Assembly: GCA_900234795.1 (NCBI GenBank)
Contig: LT962688.1
Location: 3,420,001 to 3,452,000 of the forward strand
Length of the DNA stretch: 32,000 bases
DNA from: Methylorubrum extorquens
GTDB lineage: Bacteria; Pseudomonadota; Alphaproteobacteria; Rhizobiales; Beijerinckiaceae
Direction: 5' to 3'
Shown here piece by piece: positions 9,654-17,691 of the stretch. The stretch's first letter is position 1; each line of letters opens with the position of its first letter. A model generated the notes under the pieces. It saw only the letters and a program-made list of their open reading frames with translations. It did no database searches and had not been told where the DNA came from. The translations under genes were made by a program, and so were the position numbers.

Positions 9654-11120
9654 ATGCCCTCCTCGCCGCTCCTGCCGGCCTGCCTCGTATCCGTGCTTCT
9701 CGCCGCCGCACCCGCGAGCGCGCAGATGGCGAACACGCCCGGAAAGCCCGCCGCGGAGAAGGCCTCCCCGGACAAGGCGGTGCCCCTGTCGAAGGGCGAG
9801 ATCCAGCTCTCCTTCGCCCCCGTGGTGAAGCGGGCGGCGCCCTCCGTGGTCAACGTCTATGCCTCTCATGTCGAGAAGCGCTCCGCACGCTCCAACGCCA
9901 TGGAGGAGTTCATGCGCCGCTTCTTCGGCGAGGACCGTCCGGGCCGCGGCCCCAGCGGCCTGCCCGGCGAGCGGGCACAGCGCTCCCTGGGTTCGGGCGT
10001 GATCGTCGATGGCTCGGGCCTCGTCATCACCAACAACCACGTCATCGAGAACATGAACGAGGTGAAGGTGGCGCTCGCCGACAAGCGCGAGTTCGAGGCG
10101 CAGATCGTGCTGCGCGACCCCCGCACCGACCTCGCCGTGCTCAAGATCAAGGGCCCGGCCGACATCGCCTCGATGCCGATCGGCGATTCCGACCACTTGG
10201 AGGTCGGCGACTTCGTGATGGCGATCGGCAACCCGTTCGGCGTCGGGCAGACCGTGACGCAGGGCATCGTCTCGGCGCTCGCCCGCACCCAGGTCGGATC
10301 CTCGGACTACCAGTTCTTCATCCAGACCGATGCGGCGATCAATCCGGGCAATTCCGGCGGCGCGCTGGTGGACCTGAAGGGGCATCTCGTCGGCATCAAC
10401 ACCGCGATCTATTCGCAGTCAGGCGGCAGCCACGGCATCGGCTTCGCCATTCCCGCGAGCATGGTCCGCGCCGTGGTGGAGACCGCCAAGAGCGGCGGCA
10501 GCCTCGTGCGCCGGCCCTGGCTCGGGGCGCGGGTGCAGGGCGTAACCCCGGATATCGCCGAGAGCGTCGGGCTCGACCGGCCGACCGGTGTGCTGGTGGC
10601 GAGCATGCAGGCCAAGAGCCCGGCCGAGGAAGCCGGCCTCAAGCGCGGCGACGTGATCCTCACGGTCGATGGACAGACCGTCGAAGATCCGGAAGCCTTC
10701 GGCTACCGCTACGCCCTCAAGGGCATTTCCGGCACGGCCGATTTCGGCATCCTGCGCGGCACCAAGCGGCAGACGGTCCAGATCAAGCTCGGACCGGCGC
10801 CGGAGACGCGGCCCCGCGACAGCCTCAAGGTCCGCACCCGCACGCCGTTCGCGGGCGCGACCTTCGTCAACACCTCGCCCGCGGTGGGCGAGGAGCTTCA
10901 GGCGGACCTGCCGGACGAGGGCGTGGCGGTGACCACCGTCGAAGACGGCTCGCTCGCCGGCCGGGCGGGTTTCCGCAAGGGTGACGTGATCGTGGCGATC
11001 AACGGCATGCCCATCGCCTCGACCAAGGATCTGGAGCGGGTGACGCAGCGCAATCTCGGCCTGTGGGAGGTCGCGATCAACCGTGGCGGCGAGGTTCTGA
11101 CCTCGGTGTTCGGCGGGTAG
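9654..11120 (+). CDS. degP: DegP/HtrA (Do) family periplasmic serine endoprotease with two PDZ domains
   Basis: Signal peptide MPSSPLLPACLVSVLLAAAPASAQ. Catalytic blocks: GSGVIVDGSGLVITNNHV (His), RTDLAVLKI (Asp), AINPGNSGGALVD (Ser). Two PDZ-like segments: AEEAGLKRGDVILTVDG and AGRAGFRKGDVIVAING. ATG at 9654 with GGAG about 10 nt upstream; the track start at 9567 adds an Arg-rich extension. Confidence 0.9.
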   Translation: MPSSPLLPACLVSVLLAAAPASAQMANTPGKPAAEKASPDKAVPLSKGEIQLSFAPVVKRAAPSVVNVYASHVEKRSARSNAMEEFMRRFFGEDRPGRGPSGLPGERAQRSLGSGVIVDGSGLVITNNHVIENMNEVKVALADKREFEAQIVLRDPRTDLAVLKIKGPADIASMPIGDSDHLEVGDFVMAIGNPFGVGQTVTQGIVSALARTQVGSSDYQFFIQTDAAINPGNSGGALVDLKGHLVGINTAIYSQSGGSHGIGFAIPASMVRAVVETAKSGGSLVRRPWLGARVQGVTPDIAESVGLDRPTGVLVASMQAKSPAEEAGLKRGDVILTVDGQTVEDPEAFGYRYALKGISGTADFGILRGTKRQTVQIKLGPAPETRPRDSLKVRTRTPFAGATFVNTSPAVGEELQADLPDEGVAVTTVEDGSLAGRAGFRKGDVIVAINGMPIASTKDLERVTQRNLGLWEVAINRGGEVLTSVFGG

Positions 11121-11403
11121 GCCCCGGCTTCCGCCCAACCGTCTCCTTCGGAGCTTTGGCAAGCGCCTCTCCACCTCTGCGGGTGCGGAGAGCGCGAGGC
11201 CGGGTGCGCTGGCGCTCATTCACAGGCGCGTTCCGGCCCTAAGGTCGCGCTTGAGCTGGCGGGCCGAATGTTCCGTTTCCAATGTTTCGTCGATCACGCG
11301 CGACGCAATCCGGTAACCGTACGAGGCAATCCGCCGGCAACCGGGGGTGGGTAGAACCGCCCCACACGAGAGCCGAAGGCTCCGGTCTGGAGGGGCGGAC
11401 ATC

Positions 11404-11655
11404 ATGCGGGACCTGATCAAGATCGCGGCGGCCGGAACGGTGATGGCAGCCTATGCCCTACTCGCGCCGTCCCTCGTCGAAGCAGTGCCGAGCCCGGCTG
11501 GCTCGGCCAAGGCCTTCACCCAGCGCCTGCCGCAAGCGGGTGGCATGGTTCCGGTGAGTGCCCGGATCGACGACGGGGCGCCGGTTCCGGGGCAGTTCGT
11601 GGTGACCCGCCGGCCGCTTCTGGTCGGCATCTCGGCGGGCCAAGCCTCCCGATGA
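11404..11655 (+). CDS. small secreted hypothetical protein (83 aa)
   Basis: ATG at 11404 preceded by GGAGGGGCGG. Signal-peptide-like N-terminus MRDLIKIAAAGTVMAAYALLAPSLVEA. No recognisable domain. Confidence 0.45.
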   Translation: MRDLIKIAAAGTVMAAYALLAPSLVEAVPSPAGSAKAFTQRLPQAGGMVPVSARIDDGAPVPGQFVVTRRPLLVGISAGQASR

Positions 11656-11777
11656 CCACCGCGGACACATCGCTGCTCGCGGCGGCATTCGTGCTCGGCC
11701 TCGGAGCGGCCGTTCTCCTCAACGCCCTGCTGACCTGAGTGACTTTATCGGGCCCCGGCGGGCGTCGCGGAGGCGCC

Positions 11778-12008
11778 TCAGGCGGCCACGCTGGCCAGGG
11801 CGTGGCGGTTGCCGTTCAGGCCCGCGCAGAGATCGTCGATCTCGGTCACGTCGAGGGCCTCGCCGCTGCTGGCGGCGATGGTGTCGATCAGGTCGTCCTT
11901 GCGAGGGTCGAACGGGTGGCCCTGCATCCGGTAGAATTGATAGTAGCGCAACGCCGCCAGAAGCGTGTCGCGTTCGCGGGCGGTCACGTTGAGGTTCTGC
12001 GTGGTCAT
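11778..12008 (-). CDS. hypothetical protein (76 aa)
   Basis: ATG at 12008 with AAGGGGAAG just upstream. The composition is balanced and unlike a shadow ORF (MTTQNLNVTARERDTLLAALRYYQFYRMQGHPFDPRKDDLIDTI...). No family recognised. Confidence 0.5.
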   Translation of the reverse strand: MTTQNLNVTARERDTLLAALRYYQFYRMQGHPFDPRKDDLIDTIAASSGEALDVTEIDDLCAGLNGNRHALASVAA

Positions 12009-12099
12009 GGGCTTCCCCTTGGCTTGCAACGAACGCCGAGGCGAGACCGCGCGAGACTCGCCTAGCTTGACCGTTGTAGCCGCTGAGTCGCAGCCCCGT

Positions 12100-15000
12100 C
12101 TATGACATCTGGGGGGATGGCGCGGAGCGCAGCCCGTCCCGGTGATCGACCGGCGCAGCCCCTGCCCTCCCCGTCTCGGGCGAGACGTTCGACAGGGCGG
12201 CCGCGTCGAGCCCGTAATAATCTTCCAGAATCCGCGGGTAGATGGTCGGCTGGAACGGCTCGCGGGCGGCCCAGAGCGCGTCGATGGGAAGCGCGAGCAG
12301 GGCCGCGTTCAGCCGCTGCGGGTCATCGGCCAGCGCCGGGTCGAGGCGGTGCCCGGCCCCGCTTTCGCGCAGCCGCTCGGCCTGGGCACCGAGATCGAAC
12401 ACCACCGGCGGCACCCCCGCGGCCAGCGCCAGCGAGAGCGTGTAGCAGTAGGTCTCCGGCCAGATCGAGGGGAGGAGGACCAGGTCCGGATCGAGCCGGG
12501 CGATCTCGGCGAGCGCCGCCGCGTCGCTGCCGTAGAGACCGGTCTCGCGCACGCCCGCCGCCTCCATCGCGCGCGGCTCGGCGGAGTGGCCGATGATCGT
12601 GAACACGATCGGCAATTGCCGCAGCCGGGCGTCGAGGGCGAGGTTGTGGACGACGTCGTAGCCCTTGTGCGCGCCGATCGATCCGATCACCGCAACCCGC
12701 AGCGGCCCCTCTCGGCGCTGGCGCGCCTTGAGTTCGACGCCGGCCAGCGTCTCTTCGTGCGGGCGCACCGCGATGCGGTCGAGGTGCAGCGTGCTGCCGA
12801 TGCGATCCGCGAGATCGGCCGAGGGGGCGAACACCGTCCGGGCGCGGTCGAGGAACCCGGCCCAGTCCCGCCGCCGCTCAGCGGGATCGGGCAGCACGAT
12901 CCCGTCGGCGTCGCGATCGAGGCGGATGCAGTCGCGGCAGACGGCGGGTTCTGCCAACCCGCAATAGACGCCGTCGGATCGCACGAGATTGTTGCGGTGG
13001 CAGACCGAGGCGTAGTCGTGAAGCGTGACGTCGTAGCCGGTGCCGGCCTCCTCGATCAGCCCCATCGCCACGCGGGTCGAGGGGGCATCGAGCCCCGCCA
13101 GCGAGTGCACATGCACCATTGCCGGGCCGAGCCAGCCGATCAGCTCGGCCAGGAGATCGGCGTCGCGGTCGAGGGAGAGCGGATCGAGGATCGAGACGGG
13201 GAAGTCGATCCCGCCCGATCCGGGCAGGCCGAGCCTGAACCCGCCGGGCTCGTCGGTGCGCAGATAGACGACGGCGAGACCGGCCTCGGCGAGCCGGAGG
13301 CTCAGCGCCTCGATATGGGTCTCGACCCCGCCGCCGAAATCGTGGGTCACGATCAGGGCGATGCCGCGCTCGGCGCTGGCCGTGGCGCGCTTGGCGAAGC
13401 GGTAGAGGTCGAGGCGGCGCCGGGCGAAGCGCGCGGGATCGACCTCGATGTGGTTGTGGACCCGTCGCTGGTAATCGGGGTGCTTGGTCAGGATCGCGCG
13501 GAAGATGTCCGCGCCCTTGGTCGCGAGCAGCGCGCCGAAGGAGACGCTGCCGGAGTGGAACACGAAAATGTCGTGGGCCAGCACGTTGGTGAAGCCCGCC
13601 TTGAGGGCGCGCATGCAGAAGTCGTTCTCTTCGCCGTAGCCGCGCCCGAAGGTCTCGGCGTCGAGGAGCCCCACCGCCGCGATCGCTTCCCGGCGCATCG
13701 CCATGCAGAAGCCGACGCCCGTCGGCACCGGCGAACTCGTGCGGGCGTTGCAGGCGCGGGTGAAGGCGTCGATCTCGGCGGGCATGATCTCGAGCCGGGC
13801 CTGATTGTCGACGTTGGGCCGCGGATAGCTGCAGATCGTGGCGTTGTTCGAAAACGGCGTGACCGTCGCGACGCGGGGGTCGGCGTCGAGGTGCCAGAGC
13901 AGGCGGTCGAGCCAATCGCCGTAGACGACGACGTCGGCATTGAGGAGCACGACATCCTTGCCTGCGGCGAGTTCGAGGCCGCGGTTGCAGGTCCGTACGA
14001 AGCCGAGATTCGCCTCGTTGACGAGGTGAGTGAAGAGGCCGCGGCCGCCGAGGTCGGCCAGAGCCGCGCTCAGGCGCGGATCGGGGCTGCAATCGTCGAT
14101 GACGAGGAGGGCGAAGGGCGTGGCCTGCTTCTCGCTCAGCACCGAGTGGATCGCCCGCAGGGTGTCGTCGTAGCCCTTGTAGACGGGCATGATCAGCACG
14201 ACCCGCGCCGCTGCGATGTCGGCGGCAGGCTGCGCCTGCTCCCACTCGGCCGGGGTCGGCGCGACCTGCGCGGGCCAGGTTCCGAGACCGAACGGTGTCG
14301 GCCGGAAGCCGCGCGCCCGGCCCACCGCGAGGTAGTGGAAGAACGGGTTCACCCCGGCCCCGATCTCCCGCCGGTAATGCTTGCGGTAGAAGCGCACCGA
14401 GAAGTCGGGGCTCGGGTCGCGATCCTCGCGGGCGCCGAAATCGAGGAAATGGCGGACCGGATCGATGCCGGAGCGGCGGATGTCGGGATTGGAGTCGAGG
14501 TAGTGCTCCCGGTCGAAGGCCGCCGCCACCGTCTCGTAGATCTGCGCGTCGGAGGCTTCGGCCGGGTCGGCGGGAAGCAGTGCTGCCTGCGGCTTGGTGC
14601 GCCGCGCGGGCGGGGCGGCGGCCTCCGAGGCCTGAAGCCGTCGCGTGGCGGCAAAATGATAGAGCGGGCTGACGCCGAGGCGCCGCATATGCGCGTGGCG
14701 CTGGAGGTAGGCGTCGCCCGAGAAGGCGTCGTTCGGGTCGAGCCCGCGCCGCCAGCCCTTGGTCAGGTAGTGGGAGAGCGGGTCCTCGCCTCCCTCGAGG
14801 CCGGCGAGGCGGGCATAATACGGCGCATCGAAATAGGGCTCGACCACGCCGGCCTGGAGCGACGGAAAATCCGGACCCGGCTGCGTCGCGACCCGCAGCC
14901 GCTCGGTCGGCGAGAGCGCCGCATAGTGGAGAAGCGGGTTGATCGCCGCCCGGTCGGCGAAGTGGCGGTCGGCGTAGAACAGCGTCGAGAACACCGCGGA

Positions 15001-15168
15001 CGGGTCGCGGCCCTCCAGCCAGCCATGGTCGAGGTAGTGCCGAAGCGGGTCGCCGCCGCCCGCAGCCACATCGGGATAGGCCGAGCGGTAGAAGGCGGGA
15101 TCGAAGAAGGGGGCGGCCATCGCGGCATCGCGGCGCCTGGGCCGAAACAGCTTCGGCAGCTTGATCAC
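12100..15168 (-). CDS. large multidomain glycosyltransferase: N-terminal ~60-aa repeats + GT2 domain + GT4-like domain
   Basis: GT2 block: VVLIMPVYKGYDDTLRAIHSVLSE...LLVIDDCSPD...NLGFVRTCNRG...DVVLLNADV...GFCMAMRRE. C-terminal GT-B/GT4-like part: ALIVTHDFGGGVETH...LHDYASVCHRNN...VIGSIGAHKG...LLPSIWPETYCYTLSLALAAGVPPVVFDLG. Probable GTG start at 15168 (VIKLPKLFRPRR) with GAGGAA 7 nt upstream; the track ORF starts at 15279. Confidence 0.85.
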   Translation of the reverse strand: MIKLPKLFRPRRRDAAMAAPFFDPAFYRSAYPDVAAGGGDPLRHYLDHGWLEGRDPSAVFSTLFYADRHFADRAAINPLLHYAALSPTERLRVATQPGPDFPSLQAGVVEPYFDAPYYARLAGLEGGEDPLSHYLTKGWRRGLDPNDAFSGDAYLQRHAHMRRLGVSPLYHFAATRRLQASEAAAPPARRTKPQAALLPADPAEASDAQIYETVAAAFDREHYLDSNPDIRRSGIDPVRHFLDFGAREDRDPSPDFSVRFYRKHYRREIGAGVNPFFHYLAVGRARGFRPTPFGLGTWPAQVAPTPAEWEQAQPAADIAAARVVLIMPVYKGYDDTLRAIHSVLSEKQATPFALLVIDDCSPDPRLSAALADLGGRGLFTHLVNEANLGFVRTCNRGLELAAGKDVVLLNADVVVYGDWLDRLLWHLDADPRVATVTPFSNNATICSYPRPNVDNQARLEIMPAEIDAFTRACNARTSSPVPTGVGFCMAMRREAIAAVGLLDAETFGRGYGEENDFCMRALKAGFTNVLAHDIFVFHSGSVSFGALLATKGADIFRAILTKHPDYQRRVHNHIEVDPARFARRRLDLYRFAKRATASAERGIALIVTHDFGGGVETHIEALSLRLAEAGLAVVYLRTDEPGGFRLGLPGSGGIDFPVSILDPLSLDRDADLLAELIGWLGPAMVHVHSLAGLDAPSTRVAMGLIEEAGTGYDVTLHDYASVCHRNNLVRSDGVYCGLAEPAVCRDCIRLDRDADGIVLPDPAERRRDWAGFLDRARTVFAPSADLADRIGSTLHLDRIAVRPHEETLAGVELKARQRREGPLRVAVIGSIGAHKGYDVVHNLALDARLRQLPIVFTIIGHSAEPRAMEAAGVRETGLYGSDAAALAEIARLDPDLVLLPSIWPETYCYTLSLALAAGVPPVVFDLGAQAERLRESGAGHRLDPALADDPQRLNAALLALPIDALWAAREPFQPTIYPRILEDYYGLDAAALSNVSPETGRAGAAPVDHRDGLRSAPSPQMS

Positions 15169-15400
15169 GGCCACATTCCTCGACAACGCCAATACCGGGC
15201 CCCGCGCCGGGATCGGCCCTTCGACTTGCATGGAAAGGAAGTGTGGCGCGGCCGGGGCGACGCCCTTCCCATACAGCATCGTCCCGAAGGGTGGCGGCCG
15301 GCTTCCACGAAAATGACGATGCGCGCGCCGATCGGGTGACGCAAGCGCGGTCGCCCACGCGAGAATGCGCCCGAACCTCTTCCCCCATAGCGGAGTTCGG

Positions 15401-15493
15401 CTCTAAGAGTGCCTCACAAAACTCCCGATCACCGTACGGTTGCTTTCCGGGTGCGACGGCGCAGCGGGAGTTTTGTGAGAGACACTCAGCATC
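15401..15493 (+). promoter_or_regulatory. conserved hairpin leader element, copy A (perfect 15-bp stem 15413-15427 / 15465-15479 plus conserved 3' box)
   Basis: CTCACAAAACTCCCG pairs perfectly with CGGGAGTTTTGTGAG. The 3' box GTTTTGTGAGAGACACTCAGCATC matches 22 of 24 nt with 20497-20520. It lies in the divergent intergenic region upstream of the DUF21-CBS gene. Confidence 0.45.
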
Positions 15494-15544
15494 GGTGCCG
15501 CCTCAGGGGCGGTCAGCAGTGCGGCTTGGCCCCGGGAGGGCACG

Positions 15545-16861
15545 ATTTCGGACGGTCTCTGGTCTTCGGCGGTTGGCCTCGTCGCGGTCATCGCGCTCGT
15601 CTTCGCCAACGGCTTCTTCGTCGCGGCGGAATTCTCCCTCGTCGCGGTGCGGCGCAGCCGGGTCGCCGAACTGGTCAACGAGGGCCGGCTCAATGCCAAG
15701 GCGCTTCAGCGCGCCACCGACCGGCTCGACGCGCATCTCGCCGCGACGCAGCTCGGCATCACGTTGTCCTCGCTGGCGCTCGGCTGGGTCGGCGAGCCGG
15801 CCCTGGCCCACCTGATCGAGCCACTGCTCTACTGGCTGCCGGAGAAAGCCGCTGGCCTCAGCGCCCATACGCTGGCCGTGGCTTTGGCCTTTGCCGTCAT
15901 CACCACGCTGCACATCGTGCTGGGTGAGCTGGCGCCGAAAAGCCTCGCGCTCCAGCGCAGCGAGCGCACGGCGCTGGTGATCGTGCGGCCGCTGACGCTG
16001 TTCCTGCTGGTGTTCGGCCCGGCGATCCATCTCCTCAACAGCCTCGGCAACGGGGTGTTGCGGCTCCTCGGCCTCAGGCCGGGCGAGGGCGAGGGAAACC
16101 TCCCCTTCCCCAAGGAACTCAGCCTGCTCGTCACCGCGAGCCACGAGGCGGGCCTGCTGCACGAGGCGCAGGAGGATGCGGTGGCGCGCATCCTCGCCAT
16201 CGGCGAGCGGCGCATCCGCGAGATTATGACCCCGCGCAACGAGGTGGACTGGGTCGATCTCGACGATTCGCAGGAGGAGATCATCGAGGCGGTGCGCACC
16301 TGCCGCCACGAGCAGCTCGTCGTGAGCCGGGCGCAGATCGACGATGTCGTCGGCGTGCTGCGCAAGCAGGATCTGCTCGACCAGTTCCTCGACGGCAAGC
16401 CGCTCGATGTGAAGGGGGCGACCCGCGAGCCCATCGTCGTCCACGAGGGTCTGGCGATCCTCAAGGTGCTGGAGATGTTCCAGACCAAGCCGGTGCGCAT
16501 GGCGATCGTCGTCGACGAGTACGGCAGCCTGGAGGGCATCGTCACCCAGACCGACCTGCTGGAGGCGATGGCCGGCGAGATCCCCGAGCCCGGCGAGGAG
16601 CGGATGGTGGTCGAGCGCGAGGACGGCTCGCTGCTCATCGACGGCATGATCTCGGCGACCGACGCGTTCGACCGCCTCGGCTTTCCGGAGCGACCGCGCT
16701 CGGACGACTTTTCCACGCTCGCCGGCTTCTTCATCGTCCAGCTCGGACGCATTCCGACGGAGGGCGATGCGATCGAGACTCAGGGCTGGCGGATCGAGGT
16801 CGTCGATATGGACGGGCGGCGCATCGACAAGGTGCTCGCCACGCGCCTGCCGGACGCTTGA
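15545..16861 (+). CDS. hemolysin/CNNM (TlyC/CorC) family protein: DUF21 + CBS pair + CorC_HlyC domain
   Basis: DUF21: ANGFFVAAEFSLVAVRRSRV...LGITLSSLALGWVGE...LGELAPKSLALQ. CBS pair: IREIMTPRNEV...VVSRAQIDDVVGVL...MAIVVDEYGSLEGIVTQTDLLEAM. C-terminal transporter-associated domain: GWRIEVVDMDGRRIDKV. The first ATG/GTG/TTG in frame is GTG 15647, which would delete the first TM helix. I place the start at in-frame ATT 15545, behind GGGAGGG (15534-15540). The 5' end is uncertain. Confidence 0.85.
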   Translation: MSDGLWSSAVGLVAVIALVFANGFFVAAEFSLVAVRRSRVAELVNEGRLNAKALQRATDRLDAHLAATQLGITLSSLALGWVGEPALAHLIEPLLYWLPEKAAGLSAHTLAVALAFAVITTLHIVLGELAPKSLALQRSERTALVIVRPLTLFLLVFGPAIHLLNSLGNGVLRLLGLRPGEGEGNLPFPKELSLLVTASHEAGLLHEAQEDAVARILAIGERRIREIMTPRNEVDWVDLDDSQEEIIEAVRTCRHEQLVVSRAQIDDVVGVLRKQDLLDQFLDGKPLDVKGATREPIVVHEGLAILKVLEMFQTKPVRMAIVVDEYGSLEGIVTQTDLLEAMAGEIPEPGEERMVVEREDGSLLIDGMISATDAFDRLGFPERPRSDDFSTLAGFFIVQLGRIPTEGDAIETQGWRIEVVDMDGRRIDKVLATRLPDA

Positions 16862-16869
16862 GGCGCGCG

Positions 16870-17577
16870 ATGACCAACATCTTCGTTCTGACGGGTGCCG
16901 GAATCTCCGCCGAGAGCGGGCTCGGCACGTTCCGCGACACGGACGGCGCCTGGGCCCGGTTCGACCCGATGCGCCTTGCGACGCCCGAAGGCTTCGCCGC
17001 CGATCCGGTGCTGGTCCACGACTTCTACAATCATCGCCGCCGCGACGCCCGCGCCGCCGCACCGAACCCTGCCCATGCGGCGCTGGCCCGGCTGGAAGCG
17101 GGCTTGGCGGCGCGCGGCGGCCGGCTATTCCTGTGCACGCAAAACATCGACGATCTGCACGAGCGGGCCGGCTCGCGCCACGTCGTGCACATGCACGGCG
17201 CGTTGCTGAAGGCCCGCTGCACCGCCTGCGTAAGGGACACCGTCTGGCACGAGGATCTCACCGTCGAGACCGCCTGCCCGCATTGCGGTCACAGCGGCGA
17301 GATGCGGCCCGACGTGGTTTGGTTCGGCGAGATGCCGCATCACCTCGAAGCGATCGACGAGGCGCTCGCCGAGGCCGACCTGTTCGTGGCGATCGGCACC
17401 TCCGGCGCGGTCTATCCGGCGGCGGGCTACGTGGCGCAGGCCCGTGCCTTCGGCATCCCGACGCTCGCCCTCACGCTCGAGGCCGCCGACAATGCCGGTC
17501 TGTTCGAGGCGACCCGGCTGGGGCGCGCGAGCGAAACCGTGCCGGCCTTCGTCGAAGAGGTCTTGAACGGCGCCTAA
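16870..17577 (+). CDS. cobB: NAD-dependent protein deacylase, Sir2 family (CobB)
   Basis: MTNIFVLTGAGISAESGLGTFRD, TQNIDDLHERAG, HMHG, a Zn-ribbon with CTAC...CPHC, RPDVVWFGE, and VAIGTSGAVYPAAG. Confidence 0.9.
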   Translation: MTNIFVLTGAGISAESGLGTFRDTDGAWARFDPMRLATPEGFAADPVLVHDFYNHRRRDARAAAPNPAHAALARLEAGLAARGGRLFLCTQNIDDLHERAGSRHVVHMHGALLKARCTACVRDTVWHEDLTVETACPHCGHSGEMRPDVVWFGEMPHHLEAIDEALAEADLFVAIGTSGAVYPAAGYVAQARAFGIPTLALTLEAADNAGLFEATRLGRASETVPAFVEEVLNGA

Positions 17578-17658
17578 TGCGTCTGCGCCGAGAGCCGTAC
17601 CCGACCCCATTGCATCAGGCCGGCGCCTCTCGGCCCTTGTTGTGACGCGCCTTCTTTC

Positions 17659-17683
17659 GACGAAGCGGCGTCCCCTTCGTCGG
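17659..17683. terminator. hairpin between convergent cobB and Anbu genes (possible terminator, no U-tract)
   Basis: CGACGAAG-N9-CTTCGTCG, an 8-bp perfect stem. Confidence 0.3.
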
Positions 17684-17691
17684 GATGCGCT

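Noticed and set aside
11220-11420. 66-aa minus-strand ORF in the degP downstream intergenic region, and the tandem TTCGTCAGTCC repeats at 9391-9415
   Set aside because: The ORF has no SD and poor composition. The 2-copy 11-13-mer repeat is too short to interpret.
12142-15339. 1065-aa plus-strand ORF and 836-aa minus-strand ORF (12878..15388) overlapping the large glycosyltransferase gene
   Set aside because: Their translations are Arg/Gly/Pro/Ala-dominated with no domain signatures. This is the typical product of stop-codon-poor alternative frames in ~75% GC DNA. The 12100..15168 frame carries clear GT2/GT4 motifs.
15401-15545. Naming the leader of the DUF21-CBS gene as a known metal riboswitch (M-box, yybP-ykoY, NiCo)
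   Set aside because: I do not recognise the conserved cores of those classes here. A homologous copy also precedes an unrelated secreted-protein gene, so it is reported only as an unclassified structured element.
15503-17062. 519-aa minus-strand ORF antisense to the DUF21-CBS gene and cobB. Similar cases are 22794..24275 (+), antisense to the ATP-grasp gene, and 25346..26314 (+), antisense to map.
   Set aside because: These are antisense shadows of genes with strong family signatures. They have no start-context support.
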